A stretch of 64,000 bases of DNA from Patescibacteria group bacterium (GCA_038056395.1 JBBUFS010000003.1:4344-68343); one strand, 5' to 3'. Numbered from the stretch's first letter, positions 52,053 through 60,691 are shown. The notes: a model not told the origin generated them from the sequence alone. Program-made: numbers and translations.

Positions 52053-52088
52053 GAGTACTCGGGTCTGTCCGATACCAAAAACTAAAGG

Positions 52089-52173
52089 CGGAGGGTACAG
52101 GATTTGAACCTGTGATGCCTTGCGGCATATTCGCTTTCCAAGCGAACGCACTAGACCACTATGCGAACCCTCC
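52089..52173 (-). tRNA. tRNA-Ser (anticodon GGA), long variable arm
   Basis: GGAGGGT...TTCGCTTGGAAAGCGAA...TATGCCGCAAGGCATC...ACAGGTTCAAATCCTGT ACCCTCC G; folded manually. Confidence 0.88.
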
Positions 52174-52265
52174 AAATAATTACATACAATTTAGCATTAA
52201 ATTGGAATTTTGAAAAATGTTTTAAAAAGATTATAATTAATAGTATATTAATTAATATAAAAAAT

Positions 52266-52511
52266 ATGGAAAACGCAGGTGAAAAACTTTATACAACTCC
52301 AAAAGGTGAAGAAATACGCAGTACAGAACGATTCACCACTCCAGAAGAAAAGAGTGAGATTTTAAAAAAACAACAGGAATATGATCACGCATATTCTTTG
52401 TGGCTTTTGGGTAAGGGTCCTAATCCAAATGAGCAGAAAGGAGCGGCGAGTAAAGTTATTGAGTTTCCAGGAAAAAGAAAAGGTTATGAAGAAAAAAGGA
52501 AGGCGGCTTAA
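52266..52511 (+). CDS. Small hypothetical protein (81 aa)
   Basis: Start set at MENAGEKLY (TAATAT 7 nt upstream); charged, no motif. Confidence 0.4.
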   Translation: MENAGEKLYTTPKGEEIRSTERFTTPEEKSEILKKQQEYDHAYSLWLLGKGPNPNEQKGAASKVIEFPGKRKGYEEKRKAA

Positions 52512-53146
52512 CTAACTTCAACTTCTGGAAGTTTAGAATACGCCGTTACTTTATTGCGGTCGGAGTGTTTAGAAGCGTAGAGAGCTTGGTCTGCCGCATT
52601 TAGGAGTTGGTCAAATTCGGGAAATTTACGGGAAGTTGCTACCCCGACGCTTACGGTTATTTTAAAATCTTTAAGTCTGTCTATATCTGAAAAATCTATT
52701 TGCTCTATTTTTTCTCTGATGAAATTGGCTTTAAGTTCGGCTTGGTCCTCATCGGCCCCTATCATAGCCAGAGCCATTTCTTCCCCGCCCCAGCGGCAAG
52801 TGGGATCATATCCCCTTATGTAACTCCCTATGACTGCGGCCACTCTTTTTAGGACAACATCTCCGATATCATGGCCGTAAGAATCGTTGACATTTTTAAA
52901 ATGGTCAATATCGAAAATTATCAAGGCCACTGATTTTATTTCCGGATCGGCCAAACGAATTTTTATTTCCTCCTCAAATGGGCCTCTTCTCATTAAGCCG
53001 GTCAGGGAATCAAAAGAAGCCTCTTGAGCCTCTTGGTATTTTTTGGCAAGTTGGAGCATTATCTCTTTGTGAGCTTCTAACAATACTTCGTTTTTTTCTT
53101 CTAATTCTCTTATTGTTTCAGATCCAGCATCTTCCAGATTTTTCAT
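52508..53146 (-). CDS. GGDEF-domain diguanylate cyclase with N-terminal coiled coil
   Basis: DSLTGLMRRG, FDIDHFKNVNDSYGH, RWGGEEMAL (GGEEM active-site variant). Confidence 0.85.
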   Translation of the reverse strand: MKNLEDAGSETIRELEEKNEVLLEAHKEIMLQLAKKYQEAQEASFDSLTGLMRRGPFEEEIKIRLADPEIKSVALIIFDIDHFKNVNDSYGHDIGDVVLKRVAAVIGSYIRGYDPTCRWGGEEMALAMIGADEDQAELKANFIREKIEQIDFSDIDRLKDFKITVSVGVATSRKFPEFDQLLNAADQALYASKHSDRNKVTAYSKLPEVEVS

Positions 53147-53165
53147 AGTTATTGTTAAATATAAA

Positions 53166-54062
53166 TCAACTTATCATTCCGCGCAATATCCTTATTCTTT
53201 CCCCTATCGGCGGATGGGTTTGGAAAAGATTTGTTACGGAAGATTTTTTGCCAGCCAGTGGATTTGAAATAAAAAGATGAGCGGTGGCAGCACTGACTGT
53301 TTTCATAGGCAGATTGTAAGCGGAAATTTTTTCAAGCGCTTTGGCCAAACCTTCCGGATAGCGGGTAAGCAAGGCGCCGGAAGCGTCGGCCAGATATTCT
53401 CGTCGGCGGGAAATGGCTAATTTTATCAAAGTGGCAATAATGAGCGAAAGAACTATCAAAACAATTCCCAAAATTGCCAAAACACTACCAGCACGGCCGC
53501 TATCATTATCCCTACTTCCGCCACCCCGAAACATACCTCGCAAAAACATATCAGAAATTATAGAAACAAAACCAACCAAAACAACCACGGCGCTCATAAG
53601 CAAAATATCGCGGTTGCCTATGTGAGAAAGTTCGTGGGCAATCACTCCTTCCAGTTCCGTTTTTTCAAGTTTTTGCAAAAGTCCCGTAGTGGCACAGATT
53701 ACTGCATGATTTTTATCTCGGCCTGTGGCAAAAGCGTTTGGCGCCTGGTCGTCAATAACATAAATTTTTGGCATAGGCAATCCGGCGGCAATAGAAAGAT
53801 TTTCGGTCACAGTGTAGAGGTCAAAAAATTCTTCTCTGCTTGCAGGTTTGGCTTTTGAAATTCCCAAAACTATTTTATCAGACCACCAAAAACTGGCCGC
53901 ATTCATAAACAAGCTGAAAATAATGGCCACATAAAAAATTCCAGGATTGTTGTAATAAAAAGAAATAAAATAACCCAATCCCGCAATTACAACCAAAAAA
54001 AGCCCCATTAAAAAATAAGTTTTAGCAATATTTGAGCTTTGATGGGTATAAATTGAGGGCAT
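53166..54062 (-). CDS. htpX: Zinc metalloprotease HtpX
   Basis: HELSHIGNRD (HExxH), four TM segments. Start set at MPSIYTH (ATG 54062); the ORF-track upstream extension overlaps the neighbouring gene. Confidence 0.88.
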   Translation of the reverse strand: MPSIYTHQSSNIAKTYFLMGLFLVVIAGLGYFISFYYNNPGIFYVAIIFSLFMNAASFWWSDKIVLGISKAKPASREEFFDLYTVTENLSIAAGLPMPKIYVIDDQAPNAFATGRDKNHAVICATTGLLQKLEKTELEGVIAHELSHIGNRDILLMSAVVVLVGFVSIISDMFLRGMFRGGGSRDNDSGRAGSVLAILGIVLIVLSLIIATLIKLAISRRREYLADASGALLTRYPEGLAKALEKISAYNLPMKTVSAATAHLFISNPLAGKKSSVTNLFQTHPPIGERIRILRGMIS

Positions 54063-54068
54063 GTTTAT

Positions 54069-54074
54069 ATTATA
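54069..54074 (-). promoter_or_regulatory. -10 TATAAT 6 nt upstream of the htpX ATG (leaderless-type)
   Basis: Minus strand TATAAT-ataaac-ATG. Confidence 0.5.
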
Positions 54075-54079
54075 ACATA

Positions 54080-54117
54080 AAAAGTTAGGCGGCCGCACGA
54101 GAATTCGTGAAGCCGCC
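54080..54117 (-). terminator. Terminator of the zinc-finger orphan gene
   Basis: GGCGGC (54088-54093) pairs with GCCGCC (54112-54117), inner CACGA/TCGTG. The minus strand is followed by TAACTTTTT. Confidence 0.65.
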
Positions 54118-54138
54118 AAATTGAATCGATGCTGGCAG

Positions 54139-55023
54139 TCATCTTTTACCTCTCCGCACCAGATCATGAAGAGCTGCGAGCGAAGCAAGGATGACAAGCT
54201 GCTGCGTGGGGCTGTCCACATTGTGGGAAGAGAATTCATACCCCGTACCTCTTTCAATTCCATAACCTGCGTTATGGGACGGATGCAGACCGCAAGCGTC
54301 TCCGGGGAGATCGGTGCAAAGCCACCCCACGCCGTTTGAAAGGTTGGCGCGGAATGAATGCTCGTAGAATTCCATTATTCGGCCATCCATTTTCTCCCAA
54401 ACAACACGCATGGCCGAGACCATCTCCGGGATTTCTCCAGGTCCACGCTGCCTCATCCATTCCACTACTTCTCTGCTGTACTCTCCTCCGATAGAGCCGC
54501 CATGAGAACCCTTGATGGTGACAGTGTTGATGCTCATGAGTTGCAGCAAGGAACAGGAAGTTTCAACTTCCGGAAAATTCATGAACTCAAAAAGAGTAGT
54601 GAGCGTAGCCGAGACTGCAAAGGCTTCGGTATAATCATAAACGATCTTCTTGCCTTCACCGTCGCAATACAAACATTCCTCGCCCTCAAACACTCCGCTT
54701 TTGCCCGATCCATCACAGGACAAACAGTCCTTACCGGTATTTTTCCTGACCAACGGAGTCGGCACGGTATACTCAAGGAAACCGTTTGCCTCGCCGAGAA
54801 ATTGCAAGGATTCTTCAAAACCAAAGTTCTCGCCGAATTTATGGCCGAACTTGGAAAAACCAAATTCTTTTGCATAATGCCCAACAATCGGAGCATCAGC
54901 CTTAAACTGTTTGACCTCGTTCACGAAGTCCTGATGGATTCGCAAAACAATTCCTTCCCCGCGCCAAGAAAGCTCGTACCAGCATGGAATAGCATTTCGC
55001 GCGACCATTTTAAAGTCTCTCAA
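54139..55023 (-). CDS. GC-rich orphan protein with DnaJ-type CxxCxGxG zinc-finger pair
   Basis: 294 aa; CLSCDGSGKSGVFEGEECLYCDGEGK. TTG start with GAGGAGGA 7 nt upstream; own terminator. Confidence 0.65.
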   Translation of the reverse strand: MRDFKMVARNAIPCWYELSWRGEGIVLRIHQDFVNEVKQFKADAPIVGHYAKEFGFSKFGHKFGENFGFEESLQFLGEANGFLEYTVPTPLVRKNTGKDCLSCDGSGKSGVFEGEECLYCDGEGKKIVYDYTEAFAVSATLTTLFEFMNFPEVETSCSLLQLMSINTVTIKGSHGGSIGGEYSREVVEWMRQRGPGEIPEMVSAMRVVWEKMDGRIMEFYEHSFRANLSNGVGWLCTDLPGDACGLHPSHNAGYGIERGTGYEFSSHNVDSPTQQLVILASLAALHDLVRRGKR

Positions 55024-55145
55024 TGTTCTATCCTCCTCTTAATGATATTAAGGATATATTTACAAAAAGCAACTCTGGGAATGGTTATCCCCTTTTTAAC
55101 CACAATTTATTAAGATTGAAATTTTGAAGTTTTTGCGCATTAAGA

Positions 55146-55151
55146 TATTAT
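55146..55151 (+). promoter_or_regulatory. -10 TATTAT 6 nt upstream of the dnaB ATG (leaderless-type)
   Basis: TATTAT-ctttgt-ATG(55158). Confidence 0.4.
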
Positions 55152-55157
55152 CTTTGT

Positions 55158-56534
55158 ATGCCAGAAATAAAATCGCATATAAGAATTCCGCCGCATAATT
55201 TGGAGGCCGAGAAAGCGCTACTTGGTTCGGTGATGCTGAGGCCGGAAGTGATGTTTGAAATTACGGACTTGGCGCACGCGGTTTCTTTTTATTCAGAAAA
55301 GCATCGTCTTATTTTTGAGACAATGTTGGATCTTTTTTCAAAAAGAAGTCCGACAGATTTATTATCTGTTTCTGCAAGATTGAAGGAAAAAAATTTGCTA
55401 GACGAAATAGGCGGCAACAGTTATTTGGGCGAGCTGGTCAATTCGGTGCCCTCGGCAGCCAATGCAAATTATTACGCCCAGATAATTCAAAAAAAACATA
55501 TCGCCAGAAATTTGATTGGCGCCGGGGATTTTGTGTCTTCTTTGGGGTATGACGAAGCCGAAGAATTGGAAAATCTCTTGGATCAAGCCCAAAAGAAAAT
55601 TTATGATGTGACAAACATTTCAAGCATACATAAATTTGTAGAACTTAAAGAAGAATTAACGGAGGCATGGGAAAGACTTGATCGATTGCATAATTCAGGA
55701 GACGGCTTACGAGGTGTGCCAACCGGTTTTAAAGAGCTTGACGAAAAACTTTCCGGTTTGCAAAAATCTGATTTGATAATTTTAGCGGCGCGACCTTCCG
55801 TTGGTAAAACTGCTCTGGCTCTTGATATTGCTCGCCAGACAGCCGTTTATCACAATACTCCGGTTGGCATTTTTTCATTGGAAATGAGTTCCCAGCAATT
55901 AGTTGATAGAATGCTTGCTTCCCAATCAAATGTTGACGCCTGGAAATTGCGTACAGGAAAATTGATCAGAGAAGACGATTTTTCAGCTATTCGCCAATCC
56001 TTGGATGTCCTTTCCAAAGCGCCCATTTTTATAGACGATCAGCCGGGCAACAATATTTTGAAAATGCGCTCAGTGGCCAGACGGCTCAAAAATGAAAAAG
56101 GGTTGGGACTGATTATTGTAGATTATCTGCAGTTGATGGCCACTAATAAAAATTATGATTCTATGGTCAATCAAGTAACCGAAATTTCCCGCTCTTTAAA
56201 AAATTTGGCACGCGAACTTGAAGTGCCTGTCATGGCCCTTTCCCAGCTTTCCCGCGCCATTGAACAGAGAGGTGGCAAGCCAAAGCTCTCCGACCTGCGC
56301 GACTCCGGTTCCATTGAACAGGATGCCGATGTTGTTATGTTTATACACCGCGAAGATAAACAAAAAAATACAAACGAAGCCGAAAAAACAAACATAGCCG
56401 AAATTTTGATTGAAAAGCATCGCAACGGCGCCACCGGCCGTGTTGAACTTTTCTTTAACGAAAAAAAGGCCTCATTCCTGCCCCTTGAAAAAGCCCAATT
56501 CACCGGCGCCGAAAGCGAGTTTAGAGAGTTTTAA
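55158..56534 (+). CDS. dnaB: Replicative DNA helicase DnaB
   Basis: PPHNLEAEKALLGSV, Walker A ARPSVGKT, SQLSRAIEQR. Confidence 0.95.
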   Translation: MPEIKSHIRIPPHNLEAEKALLGSVMLRPEVMFEITDLAHAVSFYSEKHRLIFETMLDLFSKRSPTDLLSVSARLKEKNLLDEIGGNSYLGELVNSVPSAANANYYAQIIQKKHIARNLIGAGDFVSSLGYDEAEELENLLDQAQKKIYDVTNISSIHKFVELKEELTEAWERLDRLHNSGDGLRGVPTGFKELDEKLSGLQKSDLIILAARPSVGKTALALDIARQTAVYHNTPVGIFSLEMSSQQLVDRMLASQSNVDAWKLRTGKLIREDDFSAIRQSLDVLSKAPIFIDDQPGNNILKMRSVARRLKNEKGLGLIIVDYLQLMATNKNYDSMVNQVTEISRSLKNLARELEVPVMALSQLSRAIEQRGGKPKLSDLRDSGSIEQDADVVMFIHREDKQKNTNEAEKTNIAEILIEKHRNGATGRVELFFNEKKASFLPLEKAQFTGAESEFREF

Positions 56535-56535
56535 C

Positions 56536-56593
56536 GACCCCACCCCGTTCTGCTAAAGCAGAACTGCCCCTCACCTTGCGAAGATGAGGGTGG
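56536..56593. repeat. 5' half of a cloverleaf-family element (outer arm plus two hairpins, no closing arm)
   Basis: GACCCCACCCC GTTCTGCtaaaGCAGAAC tg CCCCTCACCTTgcgAAGATGAGGG. Confidence 0.7.
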
Positions 56594-56596
56594 AAG

Positions 56597-56640
56597 TCAA
56601 AGGTGCCCTTTGAGTTTTGAGACGTATGGTGTAATTTTTT
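56597..56640. repeat. Copy of the 44-nt rnhB-internal segment
   Basis: TCAAAGGTGCCCTTTGAGTTTTG...GTAATTTTTT; see 3797-3840. Confidence 0.8.
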
Positions 56641-56685
56641 CCAGAGGATGACCCTTGAAGAATTTTGTCCCAAAGGGTCACTCTC
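56641..56685. repeat. Family E hairpin repeat (copy 2)
   Basis: CCAGAGGATGACCCTTGAAgaattttgtcccAAAGGGTCA; compare 42313-42357. Confidence 0.7.
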
Positions 56686-56720
56686 AAAATTTTTGTGTGA
56701 TTTTATGCTATATTTTAAAT

Positions 56721-57548
56721 GTGAAATTGTATTCCAAAAAACCAGTTGCTTTTCAGGGAGAACACGGGGCCTTCAGCGAAATGGCAGTTTTTAATCTGTT
56801 CAATAAATTAATCAAAACAGAACCAAGCCAATCGTTCCATGATGTGTTTGACAAGGTAAAAAGTGGCAAATGCGAATATGGAATTGTGCCGGTTGAAAAT
56901 ACACTAGGAGGAATTGTTTATCAAGTTTGGGATCTTTTAAATGAATACGGATTGAATGTAGTTGCAGAAACAAAAATCAAAATAAAACATTGTTTGATTG
57001 TAAATCCAGATACAAAAATCACCGACATAAAAAAAGTTTATGCCCACTATCAAGCAGCATTGCAGTGTAATAATTTTTTGATAAAACATAAGAATTGGGC
57101 GATAGAAAATGCTTATGATACAGCTGGTAGTGTAAAAATTATAAAAGATCTCCCCAGCGGAGAAAAGTTTGAAACAGCCGCTATCGCTTCAGAAAGAGCC
57201 GCTAAAATTTTTGAAATGGAAATATTAAAAAAGAACATACAAGATTCAAATGAAAATTACACCAGATTTATGATAATTAGCCGAAAACCAGTAAAAGTGG
57301 GTGATAAATTTACTTCCGTTTTGTCCATAAAACATAAGCCGGGAACTCTGCTTGAAATTTTAAAAATTGTGAATAAATATAAAATAAATTTAACATCTAT
57401 TCATTCTAGGCCCAATAAGAACAGGCCTTTTCAATACAATTTCTTTTTAGAAGGTATTTTTAAAAATTCTATAGACCAATTTACGTCTGAAATAAGAAAA
57501 AAATGCAATACTTTTAATATATTTGGAATATACGAATCTAATTTATAG
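56721..57548 (+). CDS. pheA: Prephenate dehydratase (PDT plus ACT domains)
   Basis: VAFQGEHGAFSE, VPVENTLGG, C-terminal ACT. GTG 56721 is preferred because the upstream ORF-track residues are repeat-encoded. Confidence 0.8.
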   Translation: MKLYSKKPVAFQGEHGAFSEMAVFNLFNKLIKTEPSQSFHDVFDKVKSGKCEYGIVPVENTLGGIVYQVWDLLNEYGLNVVAETKIKIKHCLIVNPDTKITDIKKVYAHYQAALQCNNFLIKHKNWAIENAYDTAGSVKIIKDLPSGEKFETAAIASERAAKIFEMEILKKNIQDSNENYTRFMIISRKPVKVGDKFTSVLSIKHKPGTLLEILKIVNKYKINLTSIHSRPNKNRPFQYNFFLEGIFKNSIDQFTSEIRKKCNTFNIFGIYESNL

Positions 57549-57558
57549 TAATTAAAAC

Positions 57559-58221
57559 ATGAATTCTATAGAAAAACTGATTCAAATATTTTCCAATTTT
57601 CCAGGCATTGGGCCGAGACAGGCCAGGAGATTTGTTTATTATTTATTGACCAGAGCAAACAGAACTTTGAGTGAATTGGCAGAAAATATAAAAGATTTAA
57701 AAGATGATGTGGTTATATGCGAAGATTGCCACAGATTTTTTGAATTACAACATAAAAATCACAACAACAATGACGGCCATTGTAAGTGTAAAATTTGTTC
57801 TGATCAAAACAGGGATCATTCAACACTGATGGTAGTGCAAAGAGATGTGGATTTGGAATCTGTAGAAAAAAACGGGGGATTCAACGGTATTTATTTTGTG
57901 CTTGGCGGTTCGGTGCCGATATTGGAAAAAGAGCCGGAAAAAAGGATAAGGGTTAAAGAGCTAAAGGCGTTTTTGGAAAAGAAACTAAACCCGCCTTCGC
58001 AAAATGCTTCGGCGCGGCTAAGGGAAATTATTTTAGGAATGAACTGGAATCCAGAAGGAGAAAATACTGGTGACTATGTGGTAAAAATGTTAAACACCGA
58101 GTGTTCAACATTAATTAAAAAAGTAAAAATATCACATTTAGGGAAAGGTCTTTCTATGGGTTCTGAACTAGAGTATACTGATCCTGATACATTAAAAAAT
58201 GCGTTAAGAAATAGGTCATGA
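57559..58221 (+). CDS. recR: Recombination protein RecR
   Basis: FPGIGPRQARRFVYYLL (HhH), Cys4 zinc finger, Toprim; TGA stop. Confidence 0.88.
   Translation: MNSIEKLIQIFSNFPGIGPRQARRFVYYLLTRANRTLSELAENIKDLKDDVVICEDCHRFFELQHKNHNNNDGHCKCKICSDQNRDHSTLMVVQRDVDLESVEKNGGFNGIYFVLGGSVPILEKEPEKRIRVKELKAFLEKKLNPPSQNASARLREIILGMNWNPEGENTGDYVVKMLNTECSTLIKKVKISHLGKGLSMGSELEYTDPDTLKNALRNRS
57990..58018. repeat. Probable family-F-like repeat in frame in recR (encodes PPSQNASARL)
   Basis: CCCGCCTTCGCaaaatGCTTCGGCGCGG shares CGCCTTCGC with 51364-51372 and 63724-63733. Confidence 0.4.
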
Positions 58222-58820
58222 CAATTCAAAAATCATATCCTTATATTTTGATAATCGGCAGCATCATTGGCCTTGCGGCTTCTTTTCTGCTGACTTTGGA
58301 CACTATTAAACTTATTCAAAATCCAGTTGCTGACATACCATGCAACATCAATCCTTTCATAAGCTGTGGCAATGCCGCTATTTCCTGGCAGGGACATGTT
58401 TTCGGATTTCCAAATTCCATCTTGGGGTTGGTGGCTTTTTCCATGCTTTTAGCGGTCGGAGTAATGCTTTTCTCAGGCGGCCGCGCCAAAAAACCGCTTT
58501 GGCTTTTGGCCAATCTCGGGCTATTGACGGCGGTTGCTTTTGTCATCTGGTTTATTTATGAAAGTTTGTATTCACTGGGCTCTCTTTGCGTCTATTGCAT
58601 GATTATCTGGGCAGTCATTTGGCCGCTTTTTCTTTATACCACCGTTTGGAATTTCAAAGAGGAACATTTTATTTTGTCTTCATTAAAAACAAAAACCCAA
58701 AATAAAATTGATATGATTATGAATTTTATCTCTCGCAATTACATTCAAATCCTAATAATCTGGTATCTTATCATTCTTCTTCTCATTCTTTTTCAGTTCA
58801 AAGATTTCTTTTTTAATTAA
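58218..58820 (+). CDS. Vitamin K epoxide reductase (VKOR) family membrane protein
   Basis: CNINPFISCG and LCVYCMIIW cysteine pairs, multiple TM helices. Confidence 0.8.
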   Translation: MTIQKSYPYILIIGSIIGLAASFLLTLDTIKLIQNPVADIPCNINPFISCGNAAISWQGHVFGFPNSILGLVAFSMLLAVGVMLFSGGRAKKPLWLLANLGLLTAVAFVIWFIYESLYSLGSLCVYCMIIWAVIWPLFLYTTVWNFKEEHFILSSLKTKTQNKIDMIMNFISRNYIQILIIWYLIILLLILFQFKDFFFN

Positions 58821-59260
58821 GAAATTTTATCTATCTTCACTTTAAAATATGGCTGGCGGTGGCCGTTCTTTTTAAAATAACGGCTTTTTTGCTTGTATTT
58901 GATAACTATGACTTTGGCATTGCGGCCGATTTCAACCAAAGTTCCGGAAACTTTCGCTCCATCTAGGTAAGGAGCGCCGATATCGGTGGCATCAGCGCCA
59001 TTATCAACCAAAAGAACTTTATCAAAAACTACCGTATCCCCCTCCTTTGGCTCGACGGAGCCTTTGGCGGAGTCGGCTTTCAATTTCTCTATTTTTATTG
59101 TATCTCCCACAGCCACTCTGTACTGCTTGCCCCCGGTCTCAATAACGGCAAAAGCGCCATTATTTACAGGTTCAGTTTTGGCTACCTTTTTTGATTCTTT
59201 TTTGCCCGCTCCGCGAAGCTTCTGCGAAGTGGGAATTTCTCTTATTTCTGCCATAACCAT
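58817..59260 (-). CDS. rplU: 50S ribosomal protein L21 with N-terminal extension
   Basis: FAVIETGGKQYRVAVGDTIKIEKL core. About 45-aa extension containing repeat-encoded IPTSQKLRGAG. Confidence 0.88.
   Translation of the reverse strand: MVMAEIREIPTSQKLRGAGKKESKKVAKTEPVNNGAFAVIETGGKQYRVAVGDTIKIEKLKADSAKGSVEPKEGDTVVFDKVLLVDNGADATDIGAPYLDGAKVSGTLVEIGRNAKVIVIKYKQKSRYFKKNGHRQPYFKVKIDKIS
59204..59235. repeat. Family B repeat in frame in the rplU N-terminal extension
   Basis: CCGCGAAGCTTCTGCGAAGTGGGA; 22 of 24 nt identical to rnhB 3941-3964. Confidence 0.75.
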
Positions 59261-59305
59261 ACCACTTTACAGGATTTCCTTATTTTTTGCAACAGAAAGG
59301 GCGGC

Positions 59306-59572
59306 TCAAGCCGCCCCGCCAAATTTATCTTCCGGCCCAAAGGGTTTGACCTGTTTGCCCCCGGGGATTCCTATGTCGACCCTTCTTTTGGTGGCAAGAA
59401 GCCACTCTTTGTACTGCTCGCTATACATAGGATCGTAGGGAATGATAAACTTACGCAACTCTTCCACAGAGAACAAAGAAGAATTCCTCTCCATGAGATA
59501 TTCTTTCAAAGAGCGAATCACTTCTTTTGTATCTTCCGGATATTCCGGGGGGTCGAAAACTTCGTAACTCAT
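59306..59572 (-). CDS. GC-rich orphan protein, 88 aa
   Basis: GAGGAGG 7 nt upstream of the ATG. The stop TGA lies in the loop of hairpin GGGCGGCtcaaGCCGCCC (59299-59316). Confidence 0.55.
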   Translation of the reverse strand: MSYEVFDPPEYPEDTKEVIRSLKEYLMERNSSLFSVEELRKFIIPYDPMYSEQYKEWLLATKRRVDIGIPGGKQVKPFGPEDKFGGAA

Positions 59573-59599
59573 TACCGAACCTCCTCTGTCTCATTTATA

Positions 59600-60679
59600 T
59601 CACCCCTCATCCAGCTTGTCGAGTTTTAAAGATGATTCTCCTGAATTTATTTTGTCTATTATTTTTGTCAGCCGTCTGTCTCTTACTCCAGATACATTTT
59701 CATATTCCTTATCCGCAGATTTAATTTTCTGTCCCAAAGAATCTAGAGCCTGACTAAATTTAGAGTATTCATTTTGAAATACTTTTATATGGGAGATTAT
59801 TTTATGTAAATCTTTCTGATATTTAAAGTTTTCGTAGGATTGTTGCACCATTCTCAAAATTGCGGTAAAACTAAATGGCCCACACATTACAACTTTATTT
59901 TTCATAGCATCTCTCCAGACATCATCAAATCTTTCGTATATAAAACTGAATATCATTTCATTGGGAATAAACATAACAACAAAATCAACTGTGTTTTCTT
60001 CTGGATTAATATAATCTCTTGTAGTTACTTCCTTTATTTTATTTTTTATATCAGTCTTAAATTCAGAAATATATTTTTTCTGTTGCTCTTTATCATCAGT
60101 TTCTTGAAGTCTTTGAAGAGCTTGGAATGGGAATTTCACATCAATATTAATTTTTACGCCATCCGGTAAAAACACAGTAAAATCTGGCTTGCTTCCGCCA
60201 CCCAACTGTTCTTGAGATGAATAGTTCTGACCTTTTACGAAACCAGCCATCTTTAACAAATCCTCAGCAACTTCTTGACCAAAATTGCCTCTTAATTGGT
60301 TGTTTGATAATACTTTTCTTAAATTATCCGTTGTAATCTGAAGTGATTCGGTTATTTTTTTATGTTCATCTATAACGGTTTTCAGATCTATAAATTCTCT
60401 TACTCTATCTTTGTCACTGTCCTCCAATCTTTTTTGGCTCTGGCTTACTTCATTTCTCATTTGGTCCACAACTTTTTCTATTAGATCTTTCTTTGACTGC
60501 ATAGATTGTTCATTTAGCTTTATTTTTGAGTCAACGTTTTCATTTATTCTGTCACGTTCATCATCTATCCATTTTTTAAACTCCTCCAAACTCATATCAC
60601 TTCGCGGTTTCTTTCTTAGTAAGGCAAAAATAGCCAACAAAAGCCCGACAGACAGAACTATTAAAGCGATGTTTTGCAT
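59600..60679 (-). CDS. rmuC: DNA recombination protein RmuC
   Basis: N-terminal TM, coiled coil, DFVVMFIPNE nuclease-like core. Start set at ATG 60679. Confidence 0.85.
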   Translation of the reverse strand: MQNIALIVLSVGLLLAIFALLRKKPRSDMSLEEFKKWIDDERDRINENVDSKIKLNEQSMQSKKDLIEKVVDQMRNEVSQSQKRLEDSDKDRVREFIDLKTVIDEHKKITESLQITTDNLRKVLSNNQLRGNFGQEVAEDLLKMAGFVKGQNYSSQEQLGGGSKPDFTVFLPDGVKINIDVKFPFQALQRLQETDDKEQQKKYISEFKTDIKNKIKEVTTRDYINPEENTVDFVVMFIPNEMIFSFIYERFDDVWRDAMKNKVVMCGPFSFTAILRMVQQSYENFKYQKDLHKIISHIKVFQNEYSKFSQALDSLGQKIKSADKEYENVSGVRDRRLTKIIDKINSGESSLKLDKLDEG

Positions 60680-60685
60680 AAAAGA

Positions 60686-60691
60686 ATTATA
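60686..60691 (-). promoter_or_regulatory. -10 TATAAT 6 nt upstream of the rmuC ATG (leaderless-type)
   Basis: Minus strand TATAAT-tctttt-ATG. Confidence 0.5.

Noticed and set aside
53166-54263. ORF-track start of htpX at 54263
   Set aside because: The upstream 67 codons overlap the neighbouring gene's 3' end and its terminator. MPSIYTH at 54062 has a TATAAT 6 nt upstream and matches HtpX N-termini.
54358-55113. 251-aa plus-strand ORF
   Set aside because: It is antisense to the zinc-finger orphan. It has S/R/L-rich random-looking sequence and no RBS or terminator. The minus-strand ORF has an SD, a terminator and a CxxCxGxG motif.
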